Assembly: GCA_964016885.1 (NCBI GenBank)
Contig: OZ024740.1
Location: 55,304,001-55,368,000 of the forward strand
DNA length: 64,000 nucleotides
Direction: 5' to 3'
Origin: Eledone cirrhosa
Lineage: Eukaryota
Shown here: positions 1 through 14,483 of the stretch, piece after piece
How positions within the stretch are numbered: the stretch's first letter is position 1
How the letters are laid out: every line of letters begins with the position of its first letter
The notes under the pieces: model-generated
What the model was told of the DNA's origin: nothing
Databases searched by the model: none
The model's input: only the letters and a program-made list of their open reading frames with translations
Made by a program: the position numbers and the translations under genes

Positions 1-447
1 TTAAATAAACAGTATTAATATTCTACACGGAAATTAAAAGTAATTTGTCCCAGCATGGGTTTCATTTGTAGGTCACGATATCCAAGCGATTCATTTTCAA
101 GAATTTTAAACATGGTGTATTTGTAACAAGAATAACTTAATGGTGCTTCATTATTTTTAATTTGGTAGGGAAAGTGGTAAAGGATAATTGGCTGTTGTTT
201 CTAACAGTTTGAGAGCAATACCGTAGAAACAATTTCATTTTATTTCTGGTAGACGACAAGACTGGACGTAATATATGATTATATTATGTTAATATTTTCA
301 CTCAGTGGACAAGAGCCATACTAGGGCAAAACATTGACACCCTAAAAGCATATATGGACACAAGTACTCACCGTTTGTCGAACCACTATATTGTTTCAGC
401 ACAATGACACAGACGGAGATACATACAGACACACACACACACACACA

Positions 448-606
<159 letters not shown>

Positions 607-1064
607 GTACAACAACGACAACAGCAACAGCTGCAGCAACAACAACAGCAGCATCAATGCCTGATAGAGAACTAAAATAGATATAATATTACTGGCTGAG
701 TTTTATTCTGTTCTTGTGTGTCTAGGCATTTACTAATGAGGTTTCATGGATGGGTGCTGCTACTCAATCATTTCTTGTAAATTGTAACAAATCTGACATG
801 GTTAGAGCACTAATAAAGAGACCTTTGATGAAGTAATATACGAGTAATTCTTTTAGACAACTGTAATGAAAGATGGTGACGAGCCATATTATCTGTTAGC
901 AACGGCAACAACAACAATAACAACAATAATCACGGCAAAATCTTCGACACTGGTGCAGGTGTATACATACAAATGTGTACATAGAGAAACACTTGTACAC
1001 TCTTCTACACACTTCTACACAAACCCATATATATATATGTGCGTACATATTTATATGAAATCTA

Positions 1065-1121
<57 letters not shown>

Positions 1122-1172
1122 CATATATGTATGTATGTATGTATCTATTGATTCACCGACACACATACATAC

Positions 1173-1230
<58 letters not shown>

Positions 1231-3827
1231 TCACACACATTAATATTTTAGTGTGAACATTTATCCATTCATTCCTGTACATATGAATTTATTTGTTTTT
1301 ATTGTATGAAATGCCATTCCCAAGAATGATATACTCACACAGACATACACATTTATATGAATATATTTATTTATATATATACATATATACATATATACAT
1401 ATACATACCCCAAAACACACATACGCATATGTATATATTTATATGTGTGTGTGTGTGTGTTTGTACATATACACATATATATATACAGAGAGAGAGTGGG
1501 GGCGAAGACAGAATGAGTAGGGGGCTAACATCGATGAAGTGTTGATTTATATTGACAATATAGCTTGGTCCCAAAGAGCACTTACCCATTAAATGAATAA
1601 GCCTGTTGGAATCGCGTGACAAACACGATCTGTTGGGATCAATGATATCAGTTAATATCGCAGCAAGTAATTCATCCTATTACCAGCAGGGATCAGTATT
1701 GTAACTGATGAAGGAGGAACTTGACATTTTCAATTCTCTTTCGTTCTTTGATAACTACAAATGGAACTGATTACAATTTCGTATCTACTTGGAAATATAT
1801 AAGGTTATGAATTAGTCCAACCATGTTTCGAATCAAACCTCCAATTTATGTTTGAAGAATCTAATTTAAGATGTGCTCGCTTCAGATAATAACCTTACTG
1901 TAGCCTACAATAATGAAATTAGAAGTGGTCAAGTATATTTTTCGCTATTGAGTTGACCAGTTTTAGTTAACAATGAGATTGATAAAATATTTTCCATTTC
2001 AGATAATATTCGATTAACTTTAAATATATCAATATAAAAATAAATAACTTTCATGAAAAAATATAATGAATAATTTTCTTTCTTTTTCTCTTTTGCGTTG
2101 TTTGAACCTCGTAAATCACAAACATCAAGCAACATTTTTATTCTATTTGAAAATGTTTCACTGATTAGAATATGTCTGTAATTGACTACTTTAACACACA
2201 TAAAGATATAGAGTCACAAATCTTCGCACATGTCTCTCCCCAGCTGCACATACAAAATTATGAATATCATTATATGCATATATTGAGAGGAGAGAGACAT
2301 AATTGTATTTCTGAATGAGTAAGTAATATATTTCCTATAGATATATACACTGACACGTGAATATATATACACTTATAAATAATATACAATAAAAGTACAT
2401 ACACATACACACCCTACATACATACATGCCCCACATGCACACAAACATACATATATATCGATGTTTGTACATAAGGGTTAGAAAATATATTGATAAACTT
2501 TGTAAGTTCATAAACAAATAGATGAATATTGAGGTCCATTGTTAGTGAGTTGGATAGACAGATAGAATCGCATATGTATATGAATAATGACTATATTAGA
2601 TAGGTATTTTTTCTCTATGGGCATGTAGAAAACATGATTAATACTGACGTTATATAAGCAATTAAATTGCTCTAACTAATGATACATGGCGTTATAAATA
2701 TTTTATTCACACACATATAAACTTATCTGCAACGCTAAGAAATCAGATGTGGTTCAGTTGAAAATTATGTACCGAAGGTAATATTTTTGTCGGTAAGAAG
2801 TGTTACTAATTAATCTAATAGGAAAATAGCACCAATTTCTAAATAATTGATTAATAATCTTTGATAAAGCAAATGTTTTAGGCAATAGAAATTGTAACGT
2901 CATGGCAATAGTATTACCAAGTGCAATAATATCATAGGAGATTTGAAAATGATTGACCAGAGAATGGAAACCAAGTCAAGTGTCCTGTTCCCTGTGAGCT
3001 TACCAAACGAGCAGGCACAAGGCTTTATATATACACGTTGGCGGAAATAGATTTTATTAGGAATCAAAATCATATCATTGACATGTCTTAAAAGTAGATT
3101 TTCTTTTAACCAGGGTTTCTGCAGCTGGTCGCTTGAACCTGCTCGGAAAATCACATCTTAAAAACATAAATGAAACAAGAATACATACGATAATATAGTC
3201 ATAGATATAATCTAAAACGTAATTGGCGAGATTGAATGAACTGCATGATCCAGGATATTCTGTCTGAAGGACCGGTCTAGAGTTACTAAATGAATACAAA
3301 TATATTATTTATTCAAAGGAAATCTGAATTTGTGGTAAATCAAATTCATCGGTATTATATCAGTTATATTCCATACAATATTTATATTAAATCGTAGTAT
3401 ATTGACAGAACCATTGAGCTTATTTTAATCCACGAAACGTTTACTATTTCCATCAAGGATCCAAGAAAGAAGATGCTAGAATTGGCAACCGAATAACCCT
3501 AAAAATATGATATCCCAGTTTTCTTTATTACAAACTTTAGACAGAAAAAAGAGTAGCAAGCATGACGGTTTCCTTGGAGACTTTGGCAGGTGGTACGGTC
3601 AGAGGAATATATTACAAAACCAGATAATTGGCCCGAAAACCTGGATTTCACTAAATCACCGAAAGATCAAGTGGTTGTGTTAAACCGGAGAAAGTTAATG
3701 AAATCAGCCAGATCGAATGTCTCATGTGAGGGAATCCGTTGCAATCACTCTAGTCTCAGAAATCATGAAAATATCCCATCGTTTCCTTACTAGATTATAT
3801 ATATATATATATGTATGTATATGTATG

Positions 3828-3860
<33 letters not shown>

Positions 3861-3968
3861 GTGTGCGTGGGAGGGTATATATATATATATATGTATGTAT
3901 ATATATATATGTATGTATATATATATATATGTATATATATATGTGTGTGTGGGAGGGTATATATATAT

Positions 3969-4026
<58 letters not shown>

Positions 4027-4590
4027 CTGTGTGTGTGTGTGAGTATGTGTGAGTAAAATTTCCTTTCGGAGAACATTTCCGTTTTCATTTTTTCATACAA
4101 TAATTAGTAAACATCTAGCATTTGTACCTATTTCTGTCTTACTAGAGCAATAGTCTCTACGTTCATGATTATATGTTTTAAAAGTGTACTAAACATTTTG
4201 CTCTGCACTTTGTGTTAAACGTTGTGCATTGCTTAGTTCTTCAGAACTATATACTTTCAGATGAGGTCAAACCAATTGAGAATACACTTTGTATTTTTCC
4301 ATAACTAACTTACAAGTTATACTTCACACATACAACGATTTCCCATAGTTTTTTTTCTGTTTACCTACTTATCTAACTACATACTGTAAGCATTATTTTC
4401 ATTCCCATCTCCTATACTTCACCGAAAAGGTTACAACTTCTTTTAGAACACAATGTCTATTTATTCACATACCTGTACATACACAAGCATACGCACACGA
4501 CATACACACATAAACATACTTATATAATATATCAAATATATATATATATATATATATATACATACATATATATATATATACATATATATA

Positions 4591-4719
<129 letters not shown>

Positions 4720-5341
4720 TTATATATATGCATACATATATACATGTATTTGAGTGTGCGTGTCAGTGTTTATTTGTCTGTTTATATGCGTACTTGTGTA
4801 TGCATGGGTGTGTGTGTGCGTTTGACATATTTTAATGTTCTTTTTCACCTTCACGTTTTTATCTATCAAGAGTGATTCAAATAGTAATCTTTGACAAAAT
4901 AATAGATAGAATATGAGTAAGAGGGAGGAGAAAGAGAGAGGATATGAGAGTTGGGGAGAGAAAGAGAGTGATTGGCCCAACGGGAGAGACCAGAGGGTTT
5001 GCAAATGTCACCGAATCGTCTATCACTGTTGATACAGTTTACCGAATTTCAAGAGAAAAAATTACAAACACACACACACTCTCTACACCCACTCCCTCTC
5101 TGTCTCGCCCCCTCCCTTACATACAAGGAGGCATGAAGAAAAAAAAATGTCTGATAATGTTTTATATCCCAGAATCAATCGATTTGAAGTTCAATTCGGT
5201 GAAAAAAAGATTAACGAATCAAATTCAGTCTTAGTTTCCGAAACACTATTCTTAGAATCTTTTACAAACCAAACTCTAACAATATAACCGAAAGGCTACT
5301 ACTGGAACAACTACAACAACAACAACAACATCAATAACAAA

Positions 5342-5373
<32 letters not shown>

Positions 5374-5537
5374 CTTCTTCTTCTTCTTCTTCTTCTTCTT
5401 CTTCTTCTTCTTCTTCTTCTTCTTCTTCTACTACTACTACTACTACTATGAATTAGTGTGTAACTGGTCAAGTACTCTAAAGAGACAGATGTATCCATAT
5501 ATATATATACATTGCACTGAAAGATCTTGCTGAGTGG

Positions 5538-5609
<72 letters not shown>

Positions 5610-5761
5610 AAGATAACTTTTCCGCCTTAAAGTATGTACTTTTTCTTACATATTATATGCTTTATATATATATGCAAAACAGTGTATTTCTCTAACAACA
5701 TATGATTCTTTCTCTTTATATATATATATATATACACACATATATATATATACACATATAA

Positions 5762-5824
<63 letters not shown>

Positions 5825-5841
5825 TACATATATATATATAA

Positions 5842-5908
<67 letters not shown>

Positions 5909-6162
5909 TGTATATAAAATTTGAGTTATATATGTATACTCACACAGCCATATATATATATGTATATGGAGAGAAAGATTTAAATAGATAGATAGATGAA
6001 ATGGTAGATGCATCTGGAAATAAATACGAAAACACGTTTGCAATTATTCTATTTAAAGGAGAGGAAAATTCGCAGGTGATAATTTAGATACTAAAAACTT
6101 CCAACTGATTATGTGCAGTGCAATAATGATGAACAAAACTCTGTATCTCTCTTTCTCTTAGT

Positions 6163-6226
<64 letters not shown>

Positions 6227-6867
6227 TGATGTGTTTGTGTGTGTATATATATATATAGAGAGAGAGAGAGAGGGAGAAATAGATATATAGATAGATAGAT
6301 ACACATACGCAGACACACATATATATATATGTATATATATTTATATATATACGTGTGAGTGTGAATGTGTGTGTGCGTGTGTGTGTGTGTGTTCAAATAC
6401 GTACCTAAGTATCGTGCTCATGGGAAGTTTTGAAATGAGGATAAGAATCCTTTGGGACAAATCGTATAACAGCTGTTTTGTGAAAAAAGGAAACAGCTTT
6501 CTACAAATTATTTTCTCGTCTCAGTTATTTGGCGTGCAATTTATATACTTTCACGATATATTTCTCTCCATCACTGTCGCAATCCTTTCCTGAATTTCAT
6601 GAAATGCTTTTGTTAAACGATGAATTCTTACTTGGAAATAGTGCAACATATAGCAGTGAAGGCTATCATACGTTTGATTGTACCTCTTATAAAACTGATA
6701 AGTTCTTGCAACGTCTTGTTTCATTGTCTAAATGATATATTTCGATGCGTATTATCATGTGGCACATGTTATCTTGCACTAACATGCATGAAGAAGACTT
6801 TGTTATCACAAACATCATCAGAAATCTCCCATTCAATCTGCTTTCATCGTAATTTAATATTTAAAAG

Positions 6868-6942
<75 letters not shown>

Positions 6943-7061
6943 ATGAATGAACAAAAGGCAAGAGGTAATTTTACTCAGTTATATTAGTTTCACGCTTGGT
7001 GGAAGTCTGTGTATATATATATTCATATACACTCACATATATATACATATATATAATATAT

Positions 7062-7137
<76 letters not shown>

Positions 7138-8758
7138 GCACACACATCCGGCGATTTTAAACGTATTTGAATATCACGGTAATTTTCTGTGGGAATGCGC
7201 ATGCGTGAGCTTTTCTCTTTATTATGTCAGTTTTGTTATACACACTTATATGTGCATAACCATATGCATACATATTTATCTCAGTGTTTCTGCTTAATTT
7301 TCCTGTTGTCATGTCTGCTTCATTAAATCGAATAGACTTCATCTTACTGAGATACACCAAACGCCTAAACGTGTAAATATGTTTAGAAACAAAGGAATCT
7401 CTAGTTTAAATTATTTCCCACTAGTAATGTTTTAATCTCCGCTGTCATTTCTGACAGAGTTTACATCGTATATTATAAATATACAAATAAATTTGAATTA
7501 AAACAATTTAACTAATGTGTCTTTAACCAGTTAATATATTTGGGAAAGGTATAAAAGTCACAAACATATTCTTAACTCAGCCAATAGCCATAAATATCTT
7601 GCTTAGCAAGAAAAGCTTATTTCAGACATTATGATACAGAGGTTAGAAACTATTACCGCCCCAGGGGTTAATTATCTTAACATTACTGTAAACTGTTGTC
7701 TATAAGTTTCTTTGGGACAAGTATTGTCTTGCAATATTTAGGACTCATTACGTTCGTGTTTCAGATCACGCTGAGGTCAATTAAAATCGCTATATCCTTC
7801 CCCAATATTTGCGGCCTTGTGACAATGTGTAAAATCTGTGTATAGTGTAAAATGAAATTGTATATATTTCCAAATTGTTTTTATTTCATTAATGAAAAAA
7901 GGATATATCTCACTATTTGCACTATGGAAAATCCGGCAGTAGAAAACATCTGGGAGTTGAGATCCAATATCCTAGAAATGGGAAGATGCATGCTAGTGTT
8001 ATTTAATGGTTAATCTGTCCCTGGTGATATCGAATTAGCTAGTTCAAAGAGACAAGGATCTTTGAAATAGTAGAGAGATGATAAAGCATGTATATGGATG
8101 TAGTGTAGTTGTTAGTGAGTCATTACAATTCAGTTAGATAGCGTTATATGCTAGCCACGTATCTCGTCAAAAGTAACAGAGAATAATAAAGAAGTTGACC
8201 AGAGATTTACGAAGTTCAGCTATTTACCACTGCCGTTTTTCATACTTAACTTCTGAATAGATAAGTATTTATTCAAAAGAAGTATGTTTCAGTGGAATTA
8301 CCTCTAGGAAGTGTTCTGTATAGAAAGTACACATACGGTAGGATCTCACTTATGTAATTCAGTAACTTTATGTTAAGTTCAAACCATGTATTGGTTCACT
8401 TCCTTTTGCCATACATCTATTCACGCTAGGAATAAGCACTAGAATCAATGTAATGAAATAAAGCAAAGAATGTGGTACGGTCGTGAAGCAAGATTTGATC
8501 TCTTTTATTGAGAGTAAAGAATGATTTACTCGTTCATAAGTCACCCACTAGGGTAATAAATATAACGTTGACGATGATTCTGATTGTGATGATAACGATT
8601 ATGATGATGCTTATGATGAAGATGTTAATGAATATGAAGTTGATGGCATTGAGGTTAATGCAGATTAAACAATGTTGATGTTAAATTTTCTTCTAACCCA
8701 ATGTTATGTTATTCATACACAAACATACACAAACACTCACACTCACACACACACACAC

Positions 8759-8790
<32 letters not shown>

Positions 8791-8865
8791 TTAATATATA
8801 AATGGCTTCTAGAGGACTAGAACTGTTTCATTCGGGATGAATATACAGGGAGAGAGAGAAAGTGA

Positions 8866-8989
<124 letters not shown>

Positions 8990-9240
8990 GAGAGAGACAG
9001 AGAGAGAGAGAGAGACAGAGAGAGACAGAGAGAAAGAGAGAAAGAGAGAAATATGTATGTATATATTATATATATACATAATCACAACTTTCTATTACTG
9101 ATACTTATATTTGCTAATCATTAGTTATTTATTTACCAAATTCCCTCTCCAGTTTGTTTTTAGCCCCATCTGACACCATTTCTTCAGATTAATCATACCA
9201 TTCTTTTCTATATTTTTGGTGGCTCACTGGCAAAATCCAG

Positions 9241-9294
9241 TGGAAGATTCCGGAAACTACATTACTGGGGAACACAACACAGTAATACGTAAAG
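9241..9294 (+). CDS. TFAP2: AP-2 (TFAP2) transcription factor, short internal exon (VEDSGNYITGEHNTVIRK-G)
   Basis: The peptide resembles the vertebrate AP-2 segment VEDPGINIPDQTVIKKG that precedes the DNA-binding region. Strong donor AAAG|gtgagt at 9294/9295 (phase 1) joins in frame to the 44.4 kb exon. The acceptor tccag at 9240 follows a pyrimidine-rich stretch and is less certain than the donor. Confidence 0.75.
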
Positions 9295-9539
9295 GTGAGT
9301 ATAATATTATATCTCCATTTTCATACTTAAACTTTACACCATTACCTCCTATCTTCTTCTTCTTCTTCTTCTTCTTCTTCTTCTTCTTCTTCTTCTTCTT
9401 CTTCTTCTTCTTCTTCTTCTTCTTCTTCTTCTTCTTCTTCAAAATCACTTGCTCTATTAAGTTTGAGTTCATAATATATTAGAAAGTAAATGAGTCAATG
9501 ATGCACAAAATACATCCGTCCATCCATTTATATATATAT

Positions 9540-9571
<32 letters not shown>

Positions 9572-9597
9572 GTATATATATATGTATATATATATAT

Positions 9598-9661
<64 letters not shown>

Positions 9662-10135
9662 CAGTAAAATATTTGTTTAAAATATGCGAAGGATCAGAAC
9701 AAGGATCAGTCTGTGGTACGAGTTATGATGTACAATTGAATTATATTTATACAACGATGACATAACGCACATGCGCTCATTTCATTAGAATGCCATGTAA
9801 TAGCAACTTTTCAACTCGCCATGTTACGGGACATTATCTTCTAGGATTATTCCTTAAATATAAGATTTCTTTGGCAAATAGTCAGTGTAAAAGTTAAGTT
9901 TGATAAGGTTCCACCTAACCTTTCGACTTACTAATTATATCCCCTTAAACGTGGGACTATTATACGTAACTAAACACTCCGGATGTTAATCTATCATAAT
10001 GTGGCGAATTGAAAAGTTGGCGTTACCGAACAGGCTAATGAAACGCGCGTATTTGCGTTATGCAATCGCTATAGTAATTATATTTAATTGTATATATATA
10101 TGTATGTATATATATATATGTATGTATGTATGTAT

Positions 10136-10181
<46 letters not shown>

Positions 10182-10405
10182 GTATCCATCACAATTGTAT
10201 CCATCACAATTGTAATTTCCAGATTCTCATTCCCGAGCTTCAGTCGATCATGAAAGAACATTTAGAAGCTTTTCACCCCTGCCCCACACACTGACACACA
10301 CATACATGCATACATATAATGTTTGTGCCTCTTGATGCATGTATATATTTTCGATGCACACATACATATATATGTATGTACATATATATATACATATATA
10401 TATAC

Positions 10406-10489
<84 letters not shown>

Positions 10490-10682
10490 ATGTGTGTGTC
10501 TGCGTGTGTCTGTGTGTGTCTGTGTATATGTGTGTGTATGTGTCTGTGTGATTGTGTTTGTGTGTGTGTGGAAGCGTCTGTGTTTGTCTGTGTGTGAGTG
10601 TATGTATCTGCATCTGTGTATACTTACATAAGCTCTCTCTCACTGTCTCTCTCTCTCTCTAATATATATATATATATATATA

Positions 10683-11226
<544 letters not shown>

Positions 11227-11383
11227 TTTCACCGTATCTTTTGACTAAAGAAATGTTAGCCTGATAGAACCCTCAGAGAAATGGAAAAAGAAGAGTATTG
11301 ACGTACTTGTAGGTCAAAAATACGGTGAAAGCTTCTATTTTCTAATTTCAAACTTGCTCGCTGTTTCAAAACATACTTGCTTG

Positions 11384-11476
<93 letters not shown>

Positions 11477-12259
11477 TTAGAATTTAGCTTCGAGCATAGC
11501 TGTTTGCAGATATGCATTGAAATTTCATATTTTTTAAGTAGTACGGTATGTTTATAAATGAACATTTAGAAAGCCGTAGCCATGCAAAGGCACCGGCAGC
11601 TACTGCCACCTGGTTCTCATCAGGACGATCTCTCGCGCTCTTTTATTATATATATATAATTATATATATGCACATATATGTGTGTGTTTGTATGGGTGTG
11701 TGCGTGCGCGTGTATATGTGTCTGTAGGTAATTGTGTGCGTACAAATGACTAGGACAAGTTTTAATTCGTATTGTTTTAATATACATTTATTTGGTATAT
11801 AATTAATTTCTTTCTTAGAATTATTATTTTTGAAACCTGAAACTAATTTTCCTTATTTTAAATATTCTTGTGTTGAAATTAAACGATTTGCTTATGTAGG
11901 AAAATATTTTCAAAATCTTTGCCAAATTAATTTTAGTTAATTCTTCAAATATCCACTGTCAACTAATTACCTTTTTCTCTTTCATTTCCTTCTCTGTTTA
12001 CTCAACACCACCATTCATTCTTACTCTCCCTTCTTTTGTATCATCATTTTTACTAGTTTTATTAACTTTACTATTTATATTATTCTTATTGATATGGTGT
12101 TGGTGATAGATATAATCATATATATCAGATAACGGTAATTAGTTAAGCCCCATTATGAACTGAGTTTAAATTCCTATGTCGAAGAACCAGCCATTTTTTT
12201 CGATCTATTATACAATAGTATTCTACCCTCAAATATATGGCGTGGTACCTACGGTAGAA

Positions 12260-12368
12260 GAGTTCAAATCCCGCCGAGGTTAATTTTGCCTTTCATCCTT
12301 ACGGGTCGATAAAATAAAGTACCAGTAATGCACTGGAGTAATTGCTGGCCTTGTGCCAAATATAGAAA
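12260..12368 (+). mobile_element. tRNA-derived SINE (family S1), 5'-truncated
   Basis: B-box GAGTTCAAATCCC followed by gccgaggttaattttgcctttcatccttacgggtcgataaaataaagtaccag, shared with four other copies in the window. Confidence 0.8.
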
Positions 12369-12775
12369 CAATTATTACTTGTATTAGTATTACATAATTA
12401 GTCAATTCTGTAGAACTCTTCAGAAGATCTCTTGCAGCAGTTAGTTATATCTGATGTCACTTTATATTCTAAATTCCCTACCCACCAAATTAGGATATTT
12501 CTGGGGCCTATCAAGCATAGTGATTATTAGTATTGGGACTAAATTACTTGATTGTATACTTGTCCTCCCGAGCATGACCTTGTAATTAATTTAGTAATCA
12601 TTTTCATAGTAAATATTTTAGAAGGGTATTTTTAATTAACAGTTTAACATGCCGAAGACGAAATGGGCTCACACTATATGCTTTACAGTATTTAGTCTCG
12701 TGTTTATGGGTCCAGGGTAAACACAATCACACACACACACATACACACACACGTACACACACACACACACACATA

Positions 12776-12832
<57 letters not shown>

Positions 12833-12835
<3 letters not shown>

Positions 12836-13270
12836 GAGGTTATATTTGATTTGTTGGGATTAAACAAGCTTAAAAATGTTTTATAACTGATATAAAGCAC
12901 GCAAGTTAGTGGAGTAAATATACAATATATTAATAAATGGAAACTATATTTATAAAACCATCATTATTTTATTATATATATTTCAAGGGCGACCAATGTA
13001 AATTATGGTGCGCTTTAATCAGATATAATACAGATTTGTTTTATAAATAGATATTGCCATACCCTGAAAAAAGACAACCTCAACGGTTGACTAACGAGCG
13101 AATTTCAACCGTTGAGGTTGTTTTTTGTCCGGGTATGTCAATATTTATTTATGAAAGAAATCTGTATTTTATCTGATGAAAGCGTATCATAATTTACCTT
13201 GGTCGCCCTTGAAATATATATAATAAAATAATGATGGTTTTACAAATATAGTTTCCATTTATTAATATAT

Positions 13271-13277
<7 letters not shown>
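12833..13277. mobile_element. Fold-back mini-element family H2, copy 1 (hammerhead-bearing), in (TA)n
   Basis: ~170 bp inverted arms (about 12918-13090 / 13105-13277) and a one-sided tail at 12833-12917. Homologous to 57903-58467. Confidence 0.85.
13165..13230 (+). ncRNA. Minimal type I hammerhead ribozyme motif (Penelope-type)
   Basis: TATTTTAT-CTGATGA-aagcg...cgccctt-GAAA-tatata-TA-ATAAAATA: 8 bp stem I, both catalytic boxes, imperfect stem II, palindromic short stem III and UA cleavage site. The mirror copy on the left arm has CTGATTA (mutated core). Confidence 0.7.
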
Positions 13278-13356
<79 letters not shown>

Positions 13357-13391
13357 GTATGTATATATATATGTATATATATATATATATA

Positions 13392-13667
13392 TATAAATAA
13401 AAACAGATGTAATCGAAAATGCTACTGGAGTCTTATTTTTTTAAATATATATATATTTATTTGGTTCCTTTACCGGTTTCGCAGTTCTTCTGCTTTTGAA
13501 AAGCAGAAGAACTGCGAAACCGGTAAAGGAACCAAATAAATATATATATATATTTAAAAATAAGACTCCAGTTGCATTTTCGATTTCATCTTTTTTTCTT
13601 TATACTTTCACTCGTGTAGGACACCTCGATTATTTTTCATTTTGTAAAAAAAACCTCACATTCTAAT
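13392..13667 (+). mobile_element. Fold-back mini-element family H1, copy 2, in (TA)n
   Basis: Near-perfect ~105 bp-arm palindrome centred on tttt-G-aaaa (13498) plus a tail at 13605-13667. The right arm reads ctt-TTGAAAA-gcag aagaa ctgc-GAAA-ccgg-TA-aag, a hammerhead-like layout with a degenerate first box. Confidence 0.85.
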
Positions 13668-13713
13668 ATATATATATATATATATATACAAGTAATGTTC
13701 TTTACAAGATTAA

Positions 13714-13744
<31 letters not shown>

Positions 13745-14429
13745 ATCTTGTGAAGATTATATATATATATATATATAATCTTGTGAAGAACATTAATTTC
13801 GTAGGCAAGGAAATGAGTTCCATTACATAACTTTAACTGAATTTGTCGTCTGTTGTTCCTACCATGAAATTATTACTTATAACAGGCAAGTGGATTGTGG
13901 TAATACAAAACGGAGTTTAGTTTTGTCCGTCTACAAAGAAAGTTATAAATATCCTTATTCTTTTTAATAAACGTTCACCCATGTACCAAACAACTGCTAG
14001 CACCTATGTATAAAATATATCGTGAGCAGACATAGCGGAATGCACACCAGTTCTCTCTGGAAGAAATGACGATGAACACGCATGTAGATGATATGTCATT
14101 GCTTTTAGTAATTTTCCCCACTTGGTGAGGGTAGATAATATGTAATACATATTAATATCATATAGGTATTGATTTAATTTACATTAAATAGGGCTTGAAA
14201 TATAATAACTATTACAATTTTTTTTTTATTCACATTTCTCGTGATCTATATTCTTACGCTCTTCTGTCTGATACCCTTTCGGAATTAACAAAGTTATGTG
14301 TATTATGCTGAAATGTGTGACATTTTACCAATGTGATAAATTATTACTATTAATATTATTGTGCATTAACTATTATGTTCATTGTTTATATTTAAGAATA
14401 ACAATTATTTATATATATTCTAATTGGTG

Positions 14430-14483
<54 letters not shown>

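Noticed and set aside
1700-1750. CTGATGA followed by a weak hairpin
   Set aside because: There is no downstream GAAA box or stem I closure, so it is not a hammerhead.
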